Positions 42,401 through 56,952 of a stretch of 64,000 nt of DNA are shown here, piece by piece. The notes beneath the pieces are model-generated. The model was not told where the DNA came from. It saw only the letters and a list, made by a program, of their open reading frames with translations, and did not search any database. How positions within the stretch are numbered: the first letter of the stretch is position 1; each line of letters begins with the position of its first letter. The translations under genes were made by a program, and so were the position numbers. Source of the stretch: Chlorokybus atmophyticus (lineage: Eukaryota > Plantae > Mesostigma and Chlorokybus algae); assembly GCA_009103225.1 (NCBI GenBank), contig RHPI01002069.1:2194846-2258845 (forward strand), in the 5' to 3' direction.

Positions 42401-43482
42401 GTGAACGCACACCGCACACATACTTTACACATATTTCACAAATAACAATTGCATCCTCACAGCGTTGCTTCCGACACTCTCTCGTTCAACTTACTGACTT
42501 TCACCAGCACATGTTAACCACAAGGTGTCGGAGCACGCGATTCACGCACTCGTGCATGCATGTGAGGTTCGGATATGACAAGCAGCTGCTTCTGCAGGCT
42601 TCGTACGGTGTGCTGTTTGATAAAAGCGAGTATGCCAACAGCGTGGCCTCAGGCGCACGTCGCATGTCCCTCAAGGCCACACAGGTGAAACCGTTGTCCA
42701 TGAAGCTGGCTACATTCTTCTCGAATACACTTTCACTCGTGTTGTTCGTTGTGGTCACACTCATGCACACGGCGCTGACTGTGTGGCAATCTGCAGGGAG
42801 CACTCTTGATCATGCTTTACCGTGATGAGCCGCTCTTCAATATACCATTCGAAATGCTGCAGGCAAGTAACACTCAAGCTCATCTTCTTCTTCGTGTCAA
42901 TCTGGCGTTTGTTTGCATGGCACACACATCGCAGAATGTTGGTTGACTTGTAAGGTTCTTGTACAACAAAACCTGGAGTCAGGGCTCTTATTCTGGTTTA
43001 ATTCGCGCATGTAGAAACTGATGGACATTGATGAGCACCTCAGCAAGTGGCGCTACCAGCACCTCATGATGGTAAGCACTCGTAGTCTCGTGCTTCTACT
43101 ACTCCACCCAACAGACACAATCGTCCGCAATTCATGTTAAGGACGGTCACATTGCTGCATGCATGCATGCATGCATACGCAAACAAATATCCGACCAGTT
43201 GCTTCGCACCTACGCCATGTGACAGCGAAACAACAATTCCAACATCAACAACCATAATAGCATCAATCCCAACCACAATCTCTCTCTCAGGTCCAGCGCA
43301 TGATTGGCAGCCGCGTTGGCACCGGCGGCAGCACCGGCGAGTCGTACCTGCGGTCGACGCTGGGTTCCAAGAGCAGGGCCTTCGCCGACCTGTTCTCCCT
43401 GTCCAACTACTACCTGCCGAGATCGCACCTGCCGGCGCTGCCGGAGGGACTGCGGGAACGCCTGTCGCACTTTCTCAGATGA
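39424..43482 (+). CDS. TDO2: Tryptophan 2,3-dioxygenase, multi-exon
   Basis: YYKEYLQLDGLLKAQ...AHDEMLFIVTHQ|AYELWFKQMLHEL; VLETMTAMDFLEFRDKLVPASGFQ|SLQFRELE; WRYQH; MIGSRVGTGGSTGESYLRSTL; stop TGA at 43480-43482. Confidence 0.95.
39962..40335. other. Assembly gap (374 N) flanked by poly-C, inside TDO intron 2
   Basis: Run of N in the sequence. Confidence 0.99.
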
Positions 43483-44119
43483 GAATATTGATATAGATTG
43501 GGTTGTGGTTGTGGCTACTACTGGTGGCTGCGGTGAATAATGGAAAGGGTGGTGTCTGCGCTGTGCAATGGTGATGGTGAGCTTTGTTGGAGTGGGGTCT
43601 GAGTGATGGTACTGTGGATTGCTTGCGTTGCAATGCTGCAGGGTGTATGTGCAGTTTGGTTGAATAGCTGCCAGGCAATATGCCATGTTTTGGGAATGCT
43701 TGAGGTTGAACCATAACAGACATTAGGTGTTCAACCTGCCTCCTAGTTGATAGTCTGCATATAAAACCTTTTGATGAGCGGACTGCTGGATGCATATAGC
43801 TGTGTGTACGCGCAATGTACATCCTCAAGGCGTTGGTGTCAAGGACTCATGAATGGCTGCTATGCTATGTAGTGCAATAGCGCTTCCTCCAAAATCCAGT
43901 CACGATATGATCAGTGCGTGGCACAAGTTTTGATACAGACCTAATGTAGTCCCAGCTACCACATGAGCAAAGTGCTGATGTGCTATACGTAATAATACAC
44001 TGATGAATTGCTGCGCCAGCAGTGCTTCCCACAACGGCTGCCAAGCATATACGCGCAATCAGGTTCTGTTCTGTATAAACCTAAACTACTACTACTCAAC
44101 AGTTGTACAGTTTGCAGCG

Positions 44120-47100
44120 TCAAAACTCTCGTCCTCTCACAATGAACGGCACAACCATAGTCCAAACTGCCAGCAACAAACAATGTTTATCAGTACAAAT
44201 GCTCCTGGTGAAAAAAAAACAAAAACTGACCCTGATGAAACTGACCAGACACGAGCCAATATGCACACATGCTGCACAAAGATGCGCACGCACACACAAC
44301 CATGCCAGATGTGTGACGACTATACTTACTGTACAGCAGTGCAGACACCCATTCCGACACGAGCTTCACCCACGTGCTCGTCCACCCAATATCTATCGCC
44401 CACCTGTTGTAGCGAGTTGCCCCCACATTGTTACAAGCTGCACTTGTTACAACCTGTACTTCAGTACGGACATAGGCGCTTACTTTGTGGAGGTAGCTGT
44501 TAGGTTCCAAGAAGTGAAAAGCATGGCAACATACATGGCGGCCTGCAAGAGATGACACCATCAACAGAATGATTGCAACTCAATGGTTGTGGTTGTGGTT
44601 GTGGTTGTGGTTGTGGTTGTGGACAAGGACATCAATAGCATCAGTATCAATATTGCCATTGTCAACATAACAATGTGCATCAGGCAGACACTCACCGTGC
44701 AGAACACGAAATGGAAGAATGCGTAGCTGTACGAAACTTCAGCGTCGTCTGTGCCGCGCATGTCTGCTTGCTTTGCCGATGCAATCTGAAACACAACCAC
44801 ATTAGCAACATCGTTTCACCATGCAGTAATTCAATAGTTGTCAGACTCAAACCAACAGCGGTTCATGTATTTAGCAACAGTATGCAAGTCACAGTGTGTA
44901 CATACACCTTCAACTACAACATAAGATGGCAGGGTAGGCAGTGTATCTGTACCATTGCATCAACTTACATGTGCCTCCTGCAAGTTCCAACACAAAGCCA
45001 AACACATGCATAAAAGGGCATCGCATACCGCAAAAGCTTTTGACTCTATTCCCGAGGACGCCGTGGAGTAAACAACGGTCAACAGAGCAAGGATGAAACT
45101 CTGCACGACACAAAAGACAAAGGGGATCTTCAGCCAACCCGGACTGGAAGCATATAACATGCACACAACCCCATCACCAAATGCTCCTGTTCAATAAGGT
45201 AATTGCCACTTCACTCACCACAATGTTGGTCCACTCCTTCTCGCTGCCCGTTTGCCGCTCTCGCGTGTTGCATCGCGAAGTGAACTTGCCCGCGTCTACT
45301 GGCTCACTGTGTGCAAGTTGGGACAATCACTTCAAGCAGTTGCATGTGTTGTGGCTGTGCAAATGGGTGCGCAGCAGACTATGCAGCAACAAAACACAGG
45401 CCCACCCTACCTCATGATGGCTGAATAGCACAAATAAAAGCAGTATATGCTCATAATGCCTGATGTCATCAACCCTGCATTCACCTGCAAAGAACAACAA
45501 AGTATGTGTAATGTACCACATTATGTAGAGCTTAAATCTAAGTCACACAACCATTAGTTGACTGACCGATGTGTTTGAACGTGAACATGAGTGCATGTAG
45601 GTTATGTACGTATGTAACTTGACTTGAAGTGACAAAGTCACCACACAACAGCTGCAGTCCCAACGCAATTGTGTCATACCTTAGGGTGAAGGGAGATGGC
45701 GGTGAAGCCAATGGCGAACGCAATAGTGAGGGTGACGAACGTGATGTTACGGCCGCAATTGGAGTGCGGGACGAAGAATATGAAGCAGAAAATCATTATT
45801 GCTAAGGCGCCGATGTAGCACACCACACTCACGGAGATAATCGCCCACTTACTGCGTGGTTTCTTTTTTGTGAGTTTCAGCCTGGTTTCCAATGTAAGGA
45901 CTGCCATGCACGAGTGGATCTGATTGCTTACCGGTTGTCGTGTTCAAGCCACCTTTCGTTCAACTCGTAGATGAAGTCTAGCAGGATGATGACCTGGATT
46001 AGCAGAAAGATCCTGCATGTAACAGCAGGTCACACATGCATCACGGCTGAACTCACTGAGGTCACACACAGTGCAACTTTTGGCTAAATTATCCCAATAG
46101 TAGCACAAAGATCTATAATGCGCACGCACGCTCACACACACGCACGCATGCACACCAAGCATCTCCTTTTGTCAGCAGCAATTACTCACCCAGCTCCGAT
46201 GCGCGCAGCCTGACCTGCAAGTCAGCATGACACATCAGCATCACAACTGCCAATACCGACGGTGCCTTTTTATTGTGCAAGACTCACGCACCGTATGCTT
46301 GCATGACGGCGCTAGGTATAAGAAACGGCAGGAACAACAGCCCGAAGAACAGCAACACCTTCAGTGGCCACACCCCGTAATGCCACACCGCGCGAGGGCT
46401 GTCCGAGCGCTTGATCGCCAGCGTGCTCACCATCATGATGAAGAAGAAGCTCTGCTCAGACACGCGCATGTGCGAAAAGTGGTGTGTACAGATGAACAAA
46501 TGTTGGGACATCATAGCGTGCATGCATGCATACGTGCGAGTGCACGTGTGCGTGAGCGTGCACAGGTAAGTAAGACCGCAACTATGAGCAATGACCACCT
46601 ATGTGGCAGGTTGTTCGGTGTCATACACCACACACATGAAGTGCTGTACTGATGCCTCATATGTGTGCCCAAATTACGCATGGCTTGTGCAATGTGGCTC
46701 ATAACATGCTTTTCAATGGTACAAACCACCACGAGTGTTGGCACAAGGTTGGAATGATGGTGAATGCTGCGTTCCTGGGGTACTTACAAAGCAGCCAAAA
46801 CTCAATCGCAGCACCGCCTCCTTGCCAAGACACCCCGCATCGCCGTTGCACTTTACAAACACTGCAAAAGCATACCCACATCAATCACAACTTATCAATC
46901 AGGAACACGCAAGCACAAGCAGTCCTGCGAACACTCTCACACACACACATGCGCAAGCGGGCCCACGTACATGCACGCACGCACACACGTTGACAGTGAT
47001 TCATCATTGATGTAAACTCAACACCGGAGTCTTCGCTATATACTTAACAAAAAGCAGCAACAACAAGGACACCATGCAGTGCCGTGCAGGATAAAGACAA

Positions 47101-47586
47101 CAGCCACCACCGCAAATGGGTATGCACCTTAGCATGTACGTCTGCAAAGTAAGCTGCATGCAAAACAAAGCAACCGGTATGCAATTTATTATTGCAAGCG
47201 AGCAATTTGGTGACATGTCTGCCTTGATAGCTTCTTACAAAATGCCACAGTTACTGTGCAACGCATTCATGTAAAGGACAAGCATCCTGTTGCTTCCCAA
47301 AAACTTGAACCAGCAATAAGTGATCACTTGCGTGTTACAAAGCTGCAGCAGTAGCACTACTTGATGAAGTAAGCAAGCAAGCAAGCAGGTAAGCAAGCAG
47401 CAGTGGAAGTGTGTACACAATCAGAGTCAATTGGGTTTTCAACTCACCACTGATGGAGTCATTGACGTGTTTGGCGTAATCCCTGAAAATCCACATGAGC
47501 AGGGAGGCAACCAGGAAGAGCGCCATGTAGATCCACTTCGCCCATGTCAATCGCCCCCCAAAGCAGCACGTCCTCGCTCCCCCCAT
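44120..47586 (-). CDS. SERINC: Serine incorporator (SERINC/TMS) family membrane protein, multi-exon
   Basis: ATG at 47586 (MGGARTCCFGGRLTWAKWIY); GVWPLKVLLF; LILLDFIYELNERW; GLMTSGIMSIY; SYSYAFFHFVF; STWVKLVSEW; last exon IWTMVVPFIVRGREF* with TGA at 44120. Confidence 0.9.
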
Positions 47587-49165
47587 GTTTTAAAGTACTT
47601 CCCTTGACCTACGTGAAGTCTAATGTGGTGCGGCCTGGCCTGGCCGAATCTGGTGTAGCCTGCTCTGTCCTGGCCTGGTCTGGACGCTGCTGCTCCAACT
47701 GCAATTGCCAGTACCTCTAGCCTAAGCAGTAGGTCAGCTCCTGACCTGGTGCACTGCTAGAAGCTCAAATCCAAACCAATGCACAGCACGGATAGCCCAC
47801 CAGGCCGTCCTCCCGCCGCCCCAGCCTGGCCTGGCCTGACGGACTTTGTGACTGACTCAGACACTAGCGTAACGCATTACAGTGCCAAAGGGCGTAACGG
47901 CACTAGCGTGACGGTCGTTGACACCAAATTGCCAAATGCCACTAACAAACTTCCTTTGCTTAAAAAAGCTCTTGCGGAAGTTCCGCCGCTGATGCTCCTA
48001 GCCGGAACGCGGGTTGCCGTATATCGCGCCAACAAACAATACTGAACTTGCCAACCAGGTATGCGGTGAGCCGGTAGGTCGTTCCTTGCTGACGCCAGGC
48101 ACAGCAAGCAACGGCGGCGGCGGCGGCGGCGGCGGCCGTGGGCATGTAGGTGTCCTGCTTGCCGTGGGTTTTAATATATTGCGCAAGTGTAAACGTACAA
48201 CGTGCTGCACTGTTCAGTTCATGCGTCATAGTGCTGCTGTGCCATGGGGAGGCATGGGTTGGTGTGCAAGTGTAAGCATGCAGGCCAGTGAGCATTGGGA
48301 GAAACCCCGTCTCGCGTGCTTGGGATGATGCTGTAAGGTGACACACAAGCGATATAGTATGTACCTCTCAAGTTTGACTGTTGTCGTGTGATGAATGCAT
48401 GCATGCGCATGACATTAGTGCGCCACTGTATATGGTGTGCTTCCAGGAAATGCGCCAGCATATGCCTCATTGTGAAGTTTGCCCTTCCATATTTGCAGTA
48501 AAAGCTACTGTTTGGAAGCTATCTCCGCACTATGCTTAGCACCAGACACTGCATGTGGTCACATTGTTTCAGCATCCTTGACAATAGAGGCAGCTAAGCT
48601 CCGTCACACGTACGTATTACTTTTTTGTGGTGTGCCATTCTTCAGGTCTTGAATGTACGACAGCCAACTGACTTCAAGGATTCGAGCAAAATTGTATGCT
48701 GTCAAGCTCTAATTGACATTATGTACACGCGCTTTCTCTGATTTCCTTCACCGGCAACGTAATACTTTTCCCAGTATGGCTGGTAAGCTTCATCTTTATC
48801 GTACAACTTTTGTACACTCACACTCACCCACGCATGTGCACTTACTCGCACGCACGCACACACGCACGCACACACGCGCGCACGCGCGCACGCGCGCGCG
48901 CTCATATATACATATATACACAAACATGCAAAGGCTATGCACACGCACGCACACACACGCACACACACACGCAGGCATGCACGCGCACGCACACGCGTAT
49001 GCACACGCACACACGTACACACCCACGCGCGCTCGCACATGCACTCGCTCATGCACACTCACACACACGCGCGCGCGCGCATGCACACACATGCGCGACC
49101 ACACCCGCCCGCCCACCCACACCCAACGCACCTTCCCCCCTCCCCCCCTCAATGTCTGCCTACAG

Positions 49166-52100
49166 GCCTCCCCCACGCCCTCTCCCTCCTCCCCCCCTTC
49201 CTCTCCTTCCTCCTTCCGATCGCGCTCCACCTGCTGCTGGCCCCCTACACCAAAGTCGAGGAGAGCTTCGGGATGCAGGCGAGCCACGACGTGATGTACT
49301 ACGCGTTGGATATCGACAAGGTGAGGAGTGGACACAAACGTTCTCATCCAATCCATGTTTGACGATAGCGTTGAAGTGTGTGGTGTCACCCCTTACACAA
49401 CCAACAACATCATGCAGTATGACCACCTCGAGTTCCCCGGCGTAGTGCCGCGCACATTCATCGGTGAGAGGCATCGTTGAGTGCAAGTGTCTTTACTTCA
49501 ACTGCTTTGAGCGTATTGAACATAGTGTTAACTCAAACGTGCCTCGTGCTCACAGGTCCAATTGTGCTCTCCAGCCTGTCCGCCCCACTTGTCTTTGGCC
49601 TGCACTTAAGCAAGCTACAAGCTCAATATGTTGGTGCGCGGCAATGTTGTGTCGTACTGTATGCAATAATAAAATCAAGCAAAATATGCTGCCATTACTT
49701 GATTAGTTCAATCTCTCATCGCTCATCAACATGGCAGTCAGGGGTGCGTTGGCCTTCATCTGTGCAGCCTCCCTCACTGCATTCTACCGCGCAGTGAGTA
49801 TGTTGCAAGCACATAGACACACTAGTGCATGAAGATGATGTTATATTACTTGTTATTGTGTTTGAAGGAGCAGAGCTGTGTGTGTAGATTTTAAAGGTAT
49901 TTGGACGTGAGGTCGGGAGATTTTTTGCTGTTCTCTGCGGGCTCGTCCAGTTCCATCTGGCGTTCTACGCGAGCAGGACCCTGCCTAACACCCCGGCTCT
50001 TGCTGCATGTGGGTGTGTGTCTCATGTTGTTTGTGGGTGGGAGCGTGCGCGCGTGTGTGTCTCGTTGCAAGTGTCGGCGGTTTCATCTGTTTGGTTATGT
50101 CTTACTTACAAGCACCTTCGCAGCGAATTTTGCCATGGCATGCCTGCTGAGCGGGCGGCCACGCGCAGCAGTTAGCATTCTGGTCAGTATCCATCAACGC
50201 CAACATATTTGCTGTGTTGCAATGATGCACACTTGCTGTCAGATGTTTGTACTGTGGTTTTGATGATCCAGACAGCAGCAATGGTTATCTTCCGCTGCGA
50301 TCTGGTGCTTTTCCTGGGGCCGATCTCACTCATGCTGCTGCTGGTAAGCTCACACACACACTTCACCAATAGCATGCAATCATCTCTCATCCACGACTGC
50401 TGGTCGCTTCGGTCTGTACATCTCGACTAGTCTCATTGTGATTTTGCTTCTGCTGAACGCTGTGATGCTCCGTCACTCGCTCACTCATTTGCACAAATGT
50501 CTAACCATACACAAGCTGTGTTGCCCCCTTCACAGACCCGCCGCATGCGATTGAGCACTCTCAACTCCACCGGCCTCATCGCTGCCCTCCTCGCCCTCAG
50601 TAAGCCCCTCGCACACAACACTATTCCATCATGACACATGATAAACCCACCTTGCTTGACACAATGTGTCATCATGTGCAGCTACGAGCGTTGCAGTGGA
50701 CTCCTACTTCTGGCACAAAAAAGGAGGAGGAAAGGAGGATGATGATGCTCATGTTGGGTTTTTGGGTGGTGTGGCCACGAGGCTGGTGTGGGCGGAAGGG
50801 TCGGTGCTTTGGTATAACGGGGCGCTGGGCAAGAGCGTCAACTGGGGAGTAAGTAAGAAAGAAAGAGTGACATTATTGTAGTTGTGATGTGCATGCTGGG
50901 AAGTGATGTCACACCTTGTGTCACAAAGGTGTCTCCATGGCATTGGTACCTGACGAGCGCGCTGCCACGGGCCCTTCTCGCTGCGTTCCCACTTACCCCG
51001 GTATGCCTGATGACACGCGTGCATTTGCAGATGCACAGACACGCACATATGGACACGCGCAAGCATGCATGCATGCGCGCGCACACACTGACATGCATGT
51101 GCACACACACACGCACACGCACATTGTCAGCGGTGTTGCACTGAGTCTTACTTAATTGCCAATCGCCAGGTTGGTGTTTGGATTGAGCCGCGGGTGCACG
51201 CATTGGCATTGCCCGCGGCTGCCTTCATCGCACTGTACTCTTTCCTCGGGCACAAGGTGCACAGTTCACCTCTGATTTTTACCCATGGGATAACACGCAT
51301 GTCAGTGCCTTTGTCATCTCTGAATATATCATAATGTTGCCGTTGCTCAGGAGTTGAGGTTTATCTTTCCTGCGCTGCCGGTATTCAACGTAGCTGCCGC
51401 TGCAGCCCTCGCGCGCATGTGAGTCACAGTCTCATGCACAGTACGCATCTGATGCACACTTTTTGGACAGTCCTTCTTCACTGTTGTTGGGTGGGTGTGA
51501 CTTGTAGTTGTGTTTGCAGCTACAACAACCGTGCCAAAAACCCGTGCTGGCGTCTGGCGTGGCTCGCCTGCATTGCTATACTAGTGGCAAGGTACCCTAG
51601 ACTGCTCGCACACAGTGATTTGTATGCTGATATGTGGCATATGCATGACAGTGTGACATTGTTATTTGGGATCGCAGCTTTGGTGCCACTGTGATTATGA
51701 CAGCCGCAGCAAGAGAGAACTACCCTGGAGGCCGTGCGTTGCAGTTACTTCACTCGATGAAAGGTACTGCTACTGTGTGTATGTGTGTGCGTGTGCGTGG
51801 GACAAGTTGCATGCTGTGCCAGATGTGGGTTTTGAAGGCTTGAAGTTGTTGTCTTTGCTCGCTGTGACTAATTGTACTGTATGGTCTTTGCAGGACCCGC
51901 GTGTGTTGGCGACTGCTCTGTCCATGTTGGTAACCTCGCTGCTACGACGGGAGTTTCGCGGTTTCTGGGGCTGGAGAGCCACACCTGGAGGTGAGCGTAG
52001 GATGTGGGCATGTTGTATCGCATGCAACACAAGCATTGCAAGCATGTGTACCTGCACTCAAGCAGGAGGTCGTCAAAGTGTTCAAGTGTGTCATGCGCAT

Positions 52101-52530
52101 GGTTGTGTTGGCTGCATTTCCTGACAGCTGTTATTGCGCGGGCAAGCTCTCATGTGTTCAGTCATCAGTGTGTGTGAGTGAGGTCTCTGTGCGCATCAGA
52201 TGACTGTCCTGCCATGTTCATCAATGAGACAAAGTGGCAATATATGTCACGATGACGCAGTGTTGTTTTTGGGACGCAGTTACAACAAGACTGAACAGCT
52301 GACTGATGCGGATTTGCTGGCCAGCGGCTTCCATTTTCTGTTGCAGTACATCACATGGCTACATGCAAGTATGTGGTAAAAATAAGCTCATAATTTAGAC
52401 TGATTGATTACTACTTTGTGCAGTGAAAATTCAGAAGTCCCGGGTTACACTTTGATTGCACATGCGGACGGTTATGCCGGGTTGCAACTCACACGTGCGG
52501 GCTTCCGCTTTCCCTTCCCCTCCATACGCG
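49166..52530 (+). CDS. ALG12: ALG12 alpha-1,6-mannosyltransferase, multi-exon; first and last exons not resolved
   Basis: [21 protein letters not shown]; [16 protein letters not shown]; [10 protein letters not shown]; VIFRCDL; VDSYFW...[10 protein letters not shown]; [12 protein letters not shown]; YNKTE. Confidence 0.92.
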
Positions 52531-52958
52531 TGGTACGTGCATAATCTGTGCATTTGTGATACTGGCTCACAACCGTTGTTTGCCACAAGGATAATATCAT
52601 AATTGGCACACTGAAAACAGTGTCGGAGTTTGCTGGTGTCGATACAAGTCGTTGCTGTTGCTGCTGTGTCGTAGATGGCGCATGTCAAGTATCAGACATC
52701 CTGATGTTGGTTGCTTTACATAGAGATCAATGGTGTTCCTTCACGAGCGCTCAGAGCCAACATCAGAGGCGCCGCACAACGAACGAGACCGCGCAAATGC
52801 TAATGCTGGCTACAATGTTCCATGACATGACAGAACATACGAACTGAAGTGGACATTCAGCTTTGGATCAATGCAGGTGTTGCTTACACATATGCTTACA
52901 CAACAGCCTCAACACAACCCGGCCTAAACCCACATAAAAAGCAAAACTGTGTGTGAGG

Positions 52959-55317
<2,359 letters not shown>

Positions 55318-56952
55318 TGTAAGGGAGGGATGGACTGGCTTGGATGCACACAATCTGCACGACACAACTAGTTGAGGGTTTGGGTACAGTTGCCGGAAGT
55401 AGAGTGAGAAGCAGTGGAGAGAAGTGGTTTGAAAGTGAAGGAACACAAACTTGATAGTGCTTAAAAGTGTCAAGTGCAATGCGAGGCCTACCTGGACCTG
55501 TATGTGAATTGAAGTTATACTACATGATTTACTAAGGCCCAAGCCAGCATGCAATGCCTGCGTTTTCCCCCAGACTAGGGTGATGATATTGGGTTGACTG
55601 ACTAACTTCCAACGGACTTCTTAAAGCTTATCAAGCACTCAATTCTGCATTGACCGCCACAATGCGTGCATGAATGCAGGTAGACATTGCAAGGTCAACA
55701 TGCCTTGCCCAAGGGAGAAGGCGGAGCTGTAGTGCAACACGTACATGACACGCAAGCTGGAAGAAAATGCACAAGCATAGCATTTCTACCTGCGTGGCCG
55801 CAATAGCTCAGTGCCACGTGGCACCCGCACAGCTGCGGCGGCAGCGTGCGCCAGCACCGCACCGGGAATGCCTCCTTCCAGCATGTTGGGCGACAATGCT
55901 CACGACCCTCCACTCAGGCTACAGGCTAAGGCACAAGGCGCCGCCCACACATGCCGCCGCCTATGCTGCCCACACTGAGGCTCATTTGCACTCTCCCCAA
56001 CATGCTGTTTGTGTGCCGCAAGCACAACAGGAAGGCATGTTGTGCTTGCTGTACACTTTCGTGCTGTCTCTTGTGCGCAACAAAGGCTTAGTGCGCAGCG
56101 ACTGGCACGTTGCAAGCCCACAAGCGCGATGAGAATATCGACGGCTGTGATTGCTCAACCACGCTGTCCACGTCTGCCAATGGAAGCGTCCGCAGCATAT
56201 GTACGCGGTAATAATTGACCCTTTTTTGAATGTGCTTGCTGCCGTAACGGCTCGAAACGGCCACAAAATGGTTAGAGCAGACCATGGTCTTGGTGATATC
56301 CACCAGCTTTGCCCTACGATACTAGTAATATCGGTAGGAACCCCAGGTAAACATTATTGACCGCAACTAGCTTGCCGCACGCGTCCAGCATCCGCTTGTA
56401 TGCACCGTCACCTTCGGTCACGGAACGCCGCGTGGCCGCTAACATACAACACGTGCGATGGAGCGCCCTGCCGGCCATCATTTCTATTGCAACCGGTCAG
56501 GGAGCCTGCATACACAAAAAACGCATAACACTGTATGTAGCGCTAACGTTAGTGGATAACCGTGACACGCATTAATACGGAACAATGCGGCATAACCTAA
56601 CGTTAAGGGCTCTATATGGCATTCGCGCAGTGCTGCTGGCAATGTGTTAATGAGCGCTGCCAGCTGGTTTGCGGCAGTGGCGGCGGTGCTGGTGGTGGTG
56701 TAAGTGCCCTTAGTTGTCTACTTGGTTGGTTGGCGCTCTGGTTGTAAGGCATTGCTGGGAGGTTGTGCTGCGCGTCCGCCCGCCAGGTGCATTGATTTCG
56801 CAAGCTGCAGTCTGGGTTGAGTACCAGGTGAGGAAGTGAACAGTGAAGTGGTGAGAGGTGCAGCCAGCTGGCGAGCTTGTTTGTGGTTGTTCCTGCTTGC
56901 TTTTGCAGAATGCTTTGCTGAATGTGCATTGTGACGCTTTCGCAGCTTCAGC

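Noticed and set aside
44586-44622. (GGTTGT)n run translating as poly-Thr
   Set aside because: It lies between a GT donor and an AG acceptor of SERINC, so it is intronic; it is not a telomere-type repeat.
47779-48058. 88-aa ORF as the ALG12 first exon or a separate gene
   Set aside because: It stops before the donor at 48059 and I could not phase it to the ALG12 exon at 49166; more likely promoter/5' UTR sequence.
48702-49445. Several 100-200-aa His/Thr/Arg- or Val/Cys-rich ORFs (also near 54786-55375 and 50749-51209)
   Set aside because: Translations of intronic CA/GT microsatellites.
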